Of a stretch of 64,000 nt of DNA, positions 53,641 to 64,000 are shown piece by piece. The stretch spans positions 64,794,034-64,858,033 of the forward strand of contig NC_092372.1 of NCBI RefSeq assembly GCF_030028105.1. Reading direction: 5' to 3'. The notes under the pieces were generated by a model that worked only from the letters and a program-made list of their open reading frames with translations, did no database searches and was not told the origin of the DNA. Position 1 is the first letter of the stretch. Each line of letters opens with the position of its first letter. The translations under genes were made by a program, and so were the position numbers. Source of the DNA: Mobula birostris. Its lineage: Eukaryota.

Positions 53641-54069
53641 TCGGAAGCCTTTCCCTGAAGCCTTTGCCTGCAACGTCACCTGCGTCTTCGCCTGTATCGC
53701 TGTCAAGTTCTACCGCCAGAGCAAGCCTTGCTGTGTCTAGATAAGAAATTGTCTATCGTTGTTTGGAACTGTCTCTGTGTCCACGCCTTCGGTAGGTAGG
53801 TCTGGCCATTTGCCGCTACCTTGTGTTGGGAAACATCTCGTCGTGTTCAGCATTCTGTGTATGAGTCCCGGCTCTACATCCTGTTCCCAAGGAGTTGTCC
53901 CGGCTCTGTGCCTGTGTATGATTCCTGGCCCTACGTCCTGCACCCAAGGAGGGGTCCAGGCTCTGTGTTCCATGTTCCTGTCGCTCAAGTTCAAGGCTCC
54001 GTGTTCCCATGCTCTCGACCAAGGCTCTGAGTGTCCAGTCCTCGTCCAAGGCTCCAAGGTTCCTGTCTC

Positions 54070-54202
54070 CCAGGACCACAGCTCTGTGTTCCACTGCTGC
54101 CAAGACCACAGCTCTGTGTTCTGGTGCTCCCAAGACCAAATCTCTGTATTCTGGTGCTGCCAAGACCAAGTCTCTGAGTTCCTGTTCTCCCAAGACCAAG
54201 TC
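54070..54202. repeat. 30-bp minisatellite x4.4 inside the solo LTR
   Basis: ccaagaccacagctctgtgttctggtgctc-like units at 54070, 54100, 54130, 54160 and 54190. Confidence 0.9.
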
Positions 54203-55164
54203 AAGGCCCTGTGTTCTCACCCAGCCCAGGAGTACCTCGTCCTGCCCAGGAAAGCCTTTAAAAGTCCAAGGCTCGTCCAGTCCTGTAGCCACGCCTCGAA
54301 GAACTCAAGTCATGCCCAGTCCTATTGCCACGTTATGTCCTCGCCTAGTTCCGAGGTCCAAGGCCGAGTCAAGTCCTGGGTTCTGGGTCCTTGTCCAGTC
54401 TCTGGCTGGGAGTCCTAGCCCAGGCTCTGTATCCTGGTCTCATCCAAGGCCTGTGTCAATGTCCAGTATCATTTCTTCCCCACTTCCCTTGCTTTCTTGA
54501 CACTCCAAGTCTTGTTCCTAGTACTTCAGTGTCTGCGTCTTGCATTTGGGTCCTCTCCCAATGCCCCCCTTATGACAGGAATAGATATTTCCCACCTGTT
54601 GCAACAGTCCATTGCTGGACTCCATATGAATTCCATCTGAATCTATTTCTGGGATTCATTTACATTAATGGTGAATAACCACTGAGGTCGTGCACTAAGT
54701 CAGAACCAGCACTGGGATTGGATTGCTTCCGTTTTAATAACATTTTACATATGCAACTTTGAAGATAATAGAAAAGGTAAATTAAATTTTTATTTGCTTA
54801 TTCGAACGTTTTATTCCAAAATGGTTTTGTATTTTGAATTTACTTTTTTAATATAAATTTGTATACATTTTTTATAGTTATTAAAATAGTTTTTATAGTT
54901 TTATAGTTTTATAGTTCTTGGAGTGGGAGCTCTGCAGCTCAGGCATAGTTACCACTGTTACATCACCTTGATGATTGCTGATGATCTTCAAGACCAGCCG
55001 CCTGAATCTGGCCCCAGACAGTTCAGGTGAGCAGGCTAAGATGTGGGTAGGGGTTCTCTGTGCTGAGCCAGATCTAGCACAATCCAGCTTGAGCATTACC
55101 AGAAAATGAAGGCAAGGTCTGGTTTCAACATTATCCAAAGGAGAAGAAATATGCAGACAAGCAT

Positions 55165-55368
55165 AAACACAGGAGATTCTGCGGAAGCTAGAACTCCAGA
55201 GCTGCACACACAGAATGCTGGAGGAATTCAACAGCATCTATTGAAATCAATAAACAGTTGATGTTTCATGCTAAGTCCTGATGAAGGGCCTCAGCCCGAA
55301 ACGTTGACTGTTTATTCATTTCCATAGATGCTGCCTGACGTGCTGAGTTCCTTCAACATTTTGTGTGT
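55165..55368. mobile_element. Penelope-derived fold-back element
   Basis: Arms acacacagaatgctggaggaattca..gcatctattgaaatcaataaacagttgatgtttc and gaaacgttgactgtttattcatttccatagatgc..tgagttccttcaacattttgtgtgt. Confidence 0.85.
55274..55309 (+). ncRNA. Minimal type I hammerhead ribozyme motif
   Basis: AGTC-CTGATGA-A-GGGC(CTCA)GCCC-GAA-ACGT-T-GACT: stem I AGTC/GACT, intact core, 4-bp stem II, loopless palindromic stem III, GUU cleavage triplet. Confidence 0.8.
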
Positions 55369-56489
55369 CATGTTCTAAGGTAAGCATGTAGCATCTATAG
55401 CAAATGATGAAAATATTTTGTTTGGTGTGTTTGTCCTTTTCAAATAAACTTATTTAAGTGTTGTAATGCAAAATCTTGATTCCATTAACACAAACTAGAT
55501 AGGAAATCAGCATGGCTGCTACATCACACCACCACTGATCCATTTTCTAATAACAACAGATAGACTTTCCTTCAGAATTCTTTAGGAGTTCTTATAATGC
55601 TGATTCAATTTTCTTTATCCTGCTAAAGCATTGCAATTGCTAAGCCAATGCAATGAATTTTACTCAGATGCATAAGATAGTTGTTGACCTATGCAGATGA
55701 TGATTCATAGATACTGCATTCCAAATTAAAATGATTGCAACGGTCGGAAATCTTCTGATTTATTAGAAATGATCTTGAAAAAAAATTGATTTCAATAAAT
55801 GCATGTAGAAAAATATCACTACTTCTCCTTCATCCATCATGAACTCAGCCTCCAAATACTTCAGAATCGGTTCTTTTTATATAAAGGTATATTTTGATTC
55901 CTGAGGCTTTCTCGGTCTCGCCGACTTAAGCAACACATCTTCTGTTGCCTGGCAACAATACCTAATTTTGCTAAGGGGAAACTGCATACTTGTTCTATTA
56001 ATATGTTCATGGCTCAATTCCAATTAAAGATTACTATTATGTTTTCTGTGACCTTACAATTTGTGCTTACTTGAGTCATTCCTTAAAAAAAGACTACTGA
56101 GTACACAAGCCAATAGTGAACCTTAAGCACAAAATATCACTGATCACGTAATAACATCATAGGAAGAGTGTCATTACTGACGTCATTTATACCAAATCAG
56201 TAAGTAAACTCTACAGAATACACATGGTACAAAAATGAAACTGAATGTTAATACAGATCGACAGACTAATATAGTAGGTACTAACTTGGGAGAACGGGTT
56301 AAAATCTATGCTTCATAATATGAAAAAAATATACTTTTCTGTGATATTATGCCAACTAAAAAACTCCTTTGATTAAAATGAACCGAGTTTCCTCCTCAGA
56401 TTTGACCTCTCAATTAACTACTTTGAAAATTAGTATCTTTCCCTGGGATCAAGAATATCGTACAGGATGCGATGTTATTATAACAACAA

Positions 56490-57180
56490 CTGTGCATTCA
56501 ACAACAATTAGACCACGGAATTGACAGAGGACTTCAGGAAAGGGAAGCTGGGCAAACACATACCAGTTCTCATTGAGGGGTCGACAGTGGAAAGGATGAG
56601 AAGCTTCAAGTTCCTGGGTATCAACATCTCAGAGAATCAGTTATTATCCTGATAGATCCCAGAGGATCTATCCTGAGCCAAACAAATTGATGCTGTCATG
56701 AAGAAGTTATGCTGGTGGCTATACTTCAGTCAGAGTTTGGGAGATTTGATATGTCACCAAGGACTCTAGCAAATTTCTAGAAATGTATTGTGGAAAGCAT
56801 CTTGACTGGATTCATCACTACCACTTATGGATGCTCCAACGCCAGGACTGTAAGAGACTGAAGAGGGTCATGGGCTCAGTCAGATTCATCATGAACACAA
56901 GCATCCCCATCAACGAGGACATCATCAGAAGGCAGTGCATCAAAAAGGCCGCATCCATCATTAAGGATGTTCACCATCCAGGACATTGTCTCTTCTCATT
57001 ATTAACATGGAGGAGCTTAAAAACACACACTCTATTTTATGAACAGCTTTTCCCTCTCTGCCATCAGATTTCCGAATGGTCCATGAATCCACAAATGCTA
57101 CCTCACTATTCCACATTTATATTATTTACTTATTTATTATAGTAGATTAATAGTAATTTTTTTTGTCTTGCACTATATTG
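56490..57180 (+). mobile_element. Old Rex1/Babar LINE 3' part (tail resumes at ~57972-57995)
   Basis: SFKFLGINISE..; CIKKAASIIKDVHHPGHCLFSLL in ORF 56783..57142. Confidence 0.8.
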
Positions 57181-57307
57181 CATGCTTTCCATCCGTGCTG
57201 GGTTGAGCATCAAGCTAGCAACTTGGCCTCACTAAAAACAGCTAAGTGCTAAAGATAAAGCAAGGTTTCCGTCCAATGCGCCACAAGGCGTGGAAAGGAA
57301 CAACAAC
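57180..57307 (+). mobile_element. 5'-truncated SINE, same family as 14985-15174
   Basis: gttgagcat..gctagcaacttggcctc..ccaatgcgccacaaggcgtggaaagg(aac)3. Confidence 0.7.
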
Positions 57308-57315
57308 TGTGTCTA

Positions 57316-57972
57316 GAGTCAATACTGCATTTATAGCGAGAGGATTTGAGTACAGGAGCAGGGAGGTACTACTGCAGTTGTACATGGCCTTGGTGAGACC
57401 ACACCTGGAGTATTGTGTACAGTTTTGGTCCCCTAATCTGAGGAAAGGCATCCTTGCCATAGAGGGAGTACAAAGAAGGTTCACCAGATTGATTCCTGGG
57501 ACGGCAGGACTTTCATATGAAGAAAGACTGGATGAACTGGGCCTGTACTCGTTGGAATTTAGAAGATTGAGGGGGGATCTGATTGAAACGTATAAAATCC
57601 TAAAGGGATTGGACAGGCTAGATGCAGGAAGATTGTTCCCGATGTTGGGGAAGTCCAGAACAAGGGGTCACAGTTTGAGGATAAAGGGGAAGCCTTTTAG
57701 GACCGAGATTAGGAAAAACTTCTTCACACAGAGAGTGGTGAATCTGTGGAATTCTCTGCCACAGGAAACAGTTGAGGCCAGTTCATTGGCTATATTTAAG
57801 AGGGAGTTAGATATGGCCCTTGTGGCTACGGGGATCAGGGGGTATGGAGGGAAGGCTGAGGCGGGATTCTGAGTTGGATGATCAGCCATGATCATAATAA
57901 ATGGCGGTGCAGGCTCAAAGGGCTGAATGGCCTACTCCTGCACCTATTTTCTATGTTTTCTATGTTTCTATG
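57316..57972 (+). mobile_element. Young 5'-truncated CR1 (open ORF2 C-terminus)
   Basis: ORF 57246..57872 LLQLYMALVRPHLEYCVQFWSP..RRLRGDLIETYKI..RTRGHSL..FFTQRVVNLWNSLP; (ttctatgt)n tail. Confidence 0.93.
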
Positions 57973-57994
57973 TAAAACAAAGCTCATGACATTT

Positions 57995-58095
57995 GCAACA
58001 CACACAGAATGCTGGAGGAACTCAGCAAGTCAGGCAGCATCTATAGAAATGAATAGGCAGTCAAAGTTTTGAACTAAGACTGTTTATCAGGACGT
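57995..58095 (-). mobile_element. Single arm of the Penelope-derived fold-back family with decayed hammerhead
   Basis: acacacagaatgctggaggaactcagcaagtcaggcagcatctat..cagtcaaagttttg..ttatcaggac. Confidence 0.75.
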
Positions 58096-58370
58096 GATGA
58101 CCCATTGCACCTGCAAGTTAATTTTTTGTGATTCATGCACAAGCACTGTCAAGTCTCTCTGCACAGCAGCATGTTGCTGCAATCTTGCACCATTTAAAGT
58201 GGATGGCCTTGCACTTGCCAATGTTGTGTTCCATCAGCCAGAGCCTTTCCCACTTACTTAGTCCATCGATATCACTCTGAAAACTGTATAATTTGCTTTT
58301 CACTCAAGACAGTGAATTTAGCAGACTTAGATATGTTACACTCAGTCCCCTCATCCAAATTTTCAATATA

Positions 58371-59048
58371 CCTCCAGTGGCCACTTACTAGGTTAGATGT
58401 GTTTCTCTTCTGAACACCGCTGTCGTAAAGCAGACCACTGTTAATTGAGTTACTGTTGCCTTTCTGTCAGCTTGAACCTGTCTAGCTATTCTCCTCTAAC
58501 CTCCCTCATTAACAAGGTGTTTTTGCCCACAGAACTCCCATTCACTGGATGTTATTTTGTTTTTCGCACTGTTCTCTGAAAACTCTAGAGACTGTTATGT
58601 GTGAAAACCCCAGGAGATCATAAACAAGAAAATAACTACAGATGCTGGAAATCTGAACAACACACACAAAGTGCTGGAGGAGCTCAGCAGGCCAGGCAGC
58701 ATCAATGGAAAAATGTACAGCTGATGTTGAAATGTCGGCTGTGCTTTTTTCCATAGCTGCTGCCTGGCCTGTTGACTTCCTCCAGCATATTGTACGTGTT
58801 ACCTCAGGAGATCAGCAGTTTCTGAGATAACTCAAACTATCCCATCTGTCACCAGTAATCATTCCACAGTCAAAATTACTGAGATCACATTTCTTCCCCA
58901 TTCTGATGTCTGGTCCAAACAACAACTGAATTTCTTCACCATGTCTGCATGCTTTTATGCACTGAGTTGCTGCCACATGATTAGCTGATAAGATGTTTGC
59001 ATTAACGAGCAGGTTTACAGGTGTACCTAATAAAGTAGCCACTGGGTG
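58371..59048 (-). mobile_element. Internally deleted Tc1 transposon
   Basis: Imperfect TIRs cctccagtggccacttactaggt and acctaataaagtagccactgggtg; transposase N-terminus MGKKCDLSNFDCGMI.. then DLLGFSHITVSRVFREQCEKQ, split by an insertion. Confidence 0.85.
58621..58804. mobile_element. Penelope-derived fold-back element inserted in Tc1
   Basis: Near-perfect hairpin centred at ~58728; 10-bp TSD caggagatca at 58611-58620 and 58805-58814. Confidence 0.9.
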
Positions 59049-59559
59049 TTTCTTGTGAACAGTTTTCTCTTTTCATTGACTCCTGTGAAACTTTATTCAC
59101 CACTGAGTGGCAACAAGAAACACACATTTATCCCATCTCTCTGCCTTCTATTGGTTAACCGATCCTCCATCCATGCTAATGCATGTACATCTGAGTTCAA
59201 TTGGATTATATTCCTCTTGCTAACGCCAATCATGTGGTTCTGGATTCAGAACCAAAGCTCTTCACTGCCAAGTTTTAGGCAGTGCAAATCCTTGCTATTT
59301 TTGAGTTGTGTTATTGCCTTCTGAACTTCTTGTTGGTCATGGTAGGCAGGGAAGCTTTACTTTGGGCTGTGACTCTGTTTTCAATCAGGACACCTCTTCT
59401 TGGTCTTCAGAGAGTTGGAGTCATGGATGTAGGTAGATTATACATCATTGGATAAGGGTAACATATTACATTATTAATAACTGTACAAAAGCAGATGTCA
59501 TAATTAGAATTTTCTGCTGGTCCTGCAGTATAGGCAGAGACTGAAGATTGCAGCACCAG

Positions 59560-61885
59560 TAGTGAGGACCAAGAGGGTATGGACAAGGGAGGCACAGGAG
59601 CGCTTACAGGAATGCTTTGAATCAGTGGACTAGACTGCATTCAGGAATTCATCTTCGAGTCTGGATGAGTATGCCACAGCTGTCACTGACTTCATTAAAA
59701 CCATGTGGATAAGTGTGTGTCTACGAGAACGTACCGTATATACCCACATCAACAGCCATGGATGAACCAGAAGGTTCATAGTCTGCTGAAGGCTCTATCT
59801 GGGGCATTGAAGTCCTGCAATCCAGGACTATACAAGAAAATCAGGTATAACTTACGGAGGGCTATCTCAAGAGAAAAGGAACTATTCTGGACAAGGTTGG
59901 AGGCAGAATTAGATGCACTTCAGCTTCAGGCAGGGTTTGCAGGCTATTACTTCCTACAAAACCTAGCATCACAAATGGCTGTGATGATTCACTCCCAGAT
60001 GACCGCAATGCCTTCTATGCACACTAAAATTAAAGCTATGAGGACCCCTGAAGCATTCGGTGATGCTGTGATCACTTGATTCTGGCATGGTCCCGGAGGA
60101 CTAAAATATTGCAAACGTCACTCCACTCTTTAGGAAGGGATGAAGGCAACAAAAAGGCAATTTTAGTCCAGTTAGCCTAACATCAGCAGTTGGGAAAGTG
60201 TTGGAGTCTATTATTAAGGATGAGGTTTCAGGGTACTTGGAGATGAATGATAAAATAAGTCAAGGTCAGCATAAAGGGAAATTTTGCATGACAAATCTGT
60301 TGGAGTTCTTTGAGGAAGTAACAAGCAGGGTGGGCAAAGGAGAGCCAGTGGATGTCATTTACTTGGATTTTCAGAAGGCATTTGATAAAGTGCCACACAT
60401 GAGGCTGCTTAGCAAGATGAAATCCTATGGTGTCACAGGAAAGACATTGACGTGGATAGAGGAATTGTTGACAGGCAGGAGGCAGCGAGTGGGAATAACA
60501 GGAGCCTTTCCTGGTTAGCTGCCAATGGTGTTCCTTAGGGGTCAGTATTGGGATTGCTACTTTTCATATTGTTTGTCAATGATTAAGATAATGGAATTGA
60601 TGGCTCTGTGGCAAAGTTTGCAGATGATACAAAGATATGTAGAGGGGTAGGTAGTGCTGAGGAAGCAATGTGATTGCAGTAGAACTTAGATAAATTGGAA
60701 GAATGGACAAAAAAAGTGCAGATGGAATATAGTTTTAGGAAATGTACGATAATGTATTTTGGTAAAAGGAGCAATGGTGTGGACTATTATCTAAATGCGG
60801 AGAAGTTTCAAACAGCAGAGGTGCAGAGGAGCTTGGGAATCCTCGTGCAAGACTCCCAGAAGGTTAAATGAAGGTTAAAGTCTGTGGTAAAGAAGGTAAA
60901 TGCAATGTTAGCATTTATTTCAAGGGGAATAAGATATGAAACAAGGCAGTAGTCAGGCCGCACTTGAAGTACTGTCAACAGTTTTGGGCCCCATATCTCA
61001 GAAATAATGTGTTGTCATTGGAAAGACTCTAGAGGAGGTTCATGAGGATGATTTTGGGAATGAAGGGGTTAACATATGAGGAGTATCTGGCAGCTTTGGG
61101 CCTGTACTCACTGGAATCTAGAAGAATGTGGGGGGTGGGGTGGGATCTCATTGAAACCTACCGAATGTTGGAAGGACTAGATAGGGTGGATGCGGAGAGG
61201 ATGTTTCCTATGGTGGGGGTATCTGGAACTAGAGGGCACAGCCTCAAAATTTAGGGGTGACCTTTTAGAATGGATGCAAGAAGGAATTTTTTTAGCCAGG
61301 GAGTAGTAAATCTCTGGAATGCTCTGCCACAGACTGCAATGGAGGCCAAGTCCGTGGGTATATTTAAGGCGGAAGTTGATAGTTTCCTGATCAGTCAGGA
61401 CATCAAAGGATATGGCAAGAAGGCAGGTGTATGGGGTTGAGTGGGATCCGGGACCAGCCATGATGGAATGGCGAAGCGGACTCGATTTCCTAATTCTGCT
61501 CCTATGTCTTATGGTCTTTGTCTCGGAGGCCAGTATTAGACTGTCTTTCAAGAGGCTGAACCCTCGCAAGGTGACAGGCCTTGATGAAGTATCTGGTAGG
61601 GCTCTGAAAACCATCAGGAAGGAGGGACAGGAGCCTGAAGGCACACACTCAATGATTCAGGAACAGTTTCTTCTGCTCTGCCATCAGATTTCTGAATGGA
61701 CATTGAACCCATGAACACTTCCTCATTACTTTTATTTATATTTTTATTTTTGCACCATTTATTTAATTTAACTATAGATGGATATGTAAATATATATTTA
61801 CTGTAATTCACAGCTTTCTTTTCTATTATTATGTATTACATGAGATATGCCGCTGATATTAGTCCTGATTCTGTTTCTGATTCTA
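59560..61885 (+). mobile_element. Internally deleted Rex1/Babar remnant (59560-60075 and 61517-61885) split by a CR1
   Basis: LQECFESVD*TAF..DFIKT..YPHQQPWMNQKV; resumes VSEASIRLSFKRLNPRKVTGLDEVSGRALK, then jumps to the 3' end and (tgattc)n tail. Confidence 0.75.
60076..61517 (+). mobile_element. CR1 ORF2 RT region and 3' end (disrupted)
   Basis: CMTNLLEFFEEVTSRVGKGEPVDVIYLDFQKAFDKVPH; VAKFADDTKI; tail tatgtcttatggtct. Confidence 0.92.
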
Positions 61886-62899
61886 CTTTATAAATGAGAG
61901 ATATTATTAAAATAATATTTTATTAGTTATTTTATTAACAACACTGAGGTACATATTACAACTGAGTCGAGATTTCTATACAACATTGCCAAATCTTGAT
62001 CCCCATCATAGCTAAGACCGTTGCAATCAGGGATTTATTTCCTAAGGTATTAGAATTCTAAGTCATGTATGCTGCTGGCATATTTTACCTGTGGAACAAA
62101 TGAAATCAAATACATCTGCTCACGGCTATTTCTTGGAAGTGCATTATTCTCTGCATCAACCTTTCTGACTAATTGGTGAAAGAAGCAGGCAGGCAACTAT
62201 GAGCAATGAATAAATTTCCATTCTTAAAAGATGTATTAAAATTGTTTCACCTCATTGCGTACTGGTTACAGACTCAGATTACACCAAGATTAATATATTT
62301 TCTGTTAAAAATGTGGAAAGGACTAGCTTACTCTATAACTGGATTAACTTCTGACCTGACAATTAGAAGGTGACATATACACCCTCAGAGTGACAGGCAA
62401 TTATCATGTCGAACAAGAGAAACTTCATTCTGACCTTCGATGGCACGATCAATTCCAAATCACCCATTAATATCGACTCGGTCTGCCAAGTTAACAGGTC
62501 AGCGAGTAGAGCAGTCTCTGATTATGCACAAGAACTACTGAATAATCTTGCACCCCTTTGCAAAACGTCTTCATCATCTATAACATTGAAGTCATCAGTA
62601 TACTGCAGTGACCATCAACTTGGAGCTGCAGAAATATTTAGAAGCTCAATACTATCCATGAATGTTCATCTTTAGAGATTTCAGTGCCAGGTCCTTTGCA
62701 TAAGATCCCTATCAGTTTGGCATTAAGATTTTCAAGCCCTCTGAAAGAAATACAAAACCTAATTATGTCATAGATTGTTTCTTTTTCTTCAATTTGTTCA
62801 GTATTGTAAAAATCCTGTGGTATAGGTTCGTAAGTAGAACATTTTTTAAAAATCACCGAACAAATGCTGGGCCATGAGCATTTGAAACAAGCAGAGAAT

Positions 62900-63200
62900 A
62901 CAACTACATGCCTATGAAGTTCAATAGGACTACCAATGCAAAGTCCCTCTATTGTCTTTATCCTTATCCAAAAACTGAACTAATCAAGCCATGTAATGGT
63001 AGCAACAAAATCAAGTTATCTCCTCTCACCCAAAACATTTTCACATATTGCAATGAACAGGTTAGGATGGAATATTCAGCATTTGCATGAATGAGCACAG
63101 GTCTAAGAAGTTCTACAGCGTTCAGGATAAAGCAATACACTTGACTGGCACTCTATCCATAGCCTAAGTGTCTTCTATTTCCATCATGAGTGCACCTTGC
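62900..63200 (+). mobile_element. Ancient L2/CR1-group LINE fragment
   Basis: ..YCNEQVRMEYSAFA* and IQDKA-like caggataaagca..cttgactggcac. Confidence 0.4.
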
Positions 63201-64000
63201 GTTCATCTGTTTCTTCCACAAAACATTATGTATTAGACTGAAATGCTGCCACAAAACAGCATCTTTAGAGATTTCAGTGCCGGGGAGGAAAGGAAGGCTT
63301 CAAAGGAAAGGCTTTAGCAGTTCAAGAACACAACTCAACTGTCCTTTCTCAAAGATGATTCAACATGGGCAGAGACTGGTGGTCCACCAATTATTAATGA
63401 CCTGAAGGAAGTAAAGAGTGAGAACCAAAGTCTTTGAGCTGAGAGGTTAGCAACTAAGAAACACAGATTTAAATTCATTGGTGGAGGGATTAGAAGGGTG
63501 TTGAGAAATCATTATTTCACGCACCTACAGTGAGGTTAGGAACATGGGCCAGGAACTGACCTTTCTCTCCTTCAAAAAAAAAGGGGACACTTGCTATCAT
63601 TCCCGTGATCTTAGAAATTAATCAAAAATAAAGTGATTAGGCTGCTCAAGAAGTTTAAAGCATCACTGTTGCTGGATATCAGATTTTACTTGGCCCTACC
63701 CCTAACGTCGATAGTTGGGTGTCAGGAGAGGTGAAATCTGTAGTATAGAGGCTGCTAAATATATGTGGGCAGCTTTTATCAAGGCCAGCAACAAAGGAAA
63801 CGCAAGAGACTACAGATGTTGGAACCCAAAGTGTTGAAGGTCTGTTTCCCTCTACAGATACTGCCTGAGAAGCAAAGCTCATTGTTTTGACACTGACTGT
63901 AAAATCCAGGCCAGTAAATTTTATTCATGACATGTACAACTGGCATAAGGTGAAGGTTTAAAACAATATCAATTTATAACAGCAGTTATAAAAGAATGAA

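Larger units (their letters stand above)
53306..54577 (+). mobile_element. Solo LTR (1272 bp), probably Gypsy-type
   Basis: TGTCAT...ATGACA termini; 5-bp TSD gtaat/ggaat with one mismatch; TATA-like tattaaata at ~53432; internal repeats. Confidence 0.8.

Noticed and set aside
53401-53744. Pro-rich and Gly/Arg-rich ORFs
   Set aside because: Translations of a C/T low-complexity tract
54070-54202. CRISPR-like repeats or Trp-rich repeat protein (ORFs 53737..54204, 53759..54418)
   Set aside because: Degenerate 30-bp tandem repeat inside a solo LTR; open frames are a by-product of a unit length divisible by three
58718-58741. CTGATG..GAAA at the hairpin centre as an active hammerhead
   Set aside because: No G8-A9 and no stem II; it is the fusion point of two inverted 3' halves

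Overview
Eukaryotic, AT-rich, repeat-dense DNA, most likely a large intron or intergenic region. The repeat repertoire (CR1 and Rex1/Babar LINEs, HE1/V-type and tRNA SINEs, Penelope tails) suggests a cartilaginous fish, probably a ray; that is inference only. I recognise no host protein-coding exon. Every recognisable ORF is transposon-derived: Rex1/Babar RT 3' ends, CR1 ORF1/ORF2 pieces, Penelope GIY-YIG ends, a Gypsy integrase plus LTR, and Tc1 and Chapaev3-like transposase remnants. There are also solo LTRs, a Harbinger-type MITE, several deeply nested insertion clusters and a 214-nt assembly gap. The most notable signal is a family of short, Penelope-derived fold-back elements carrying a minimal type I hammerhead ribozyme. 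One has a near-intact core at 55274-55309, and another sits inside a Tc1 remnant with a 10-bp TSD. A second notable family is a four-copy ~650-700 bp non-coding retroelement with an AAGATGGCG head, a 3' stem-loop and a (TAATC)n tail. Family names were assigned by eye from motif recall, and boundaries of old repeats are approximate.
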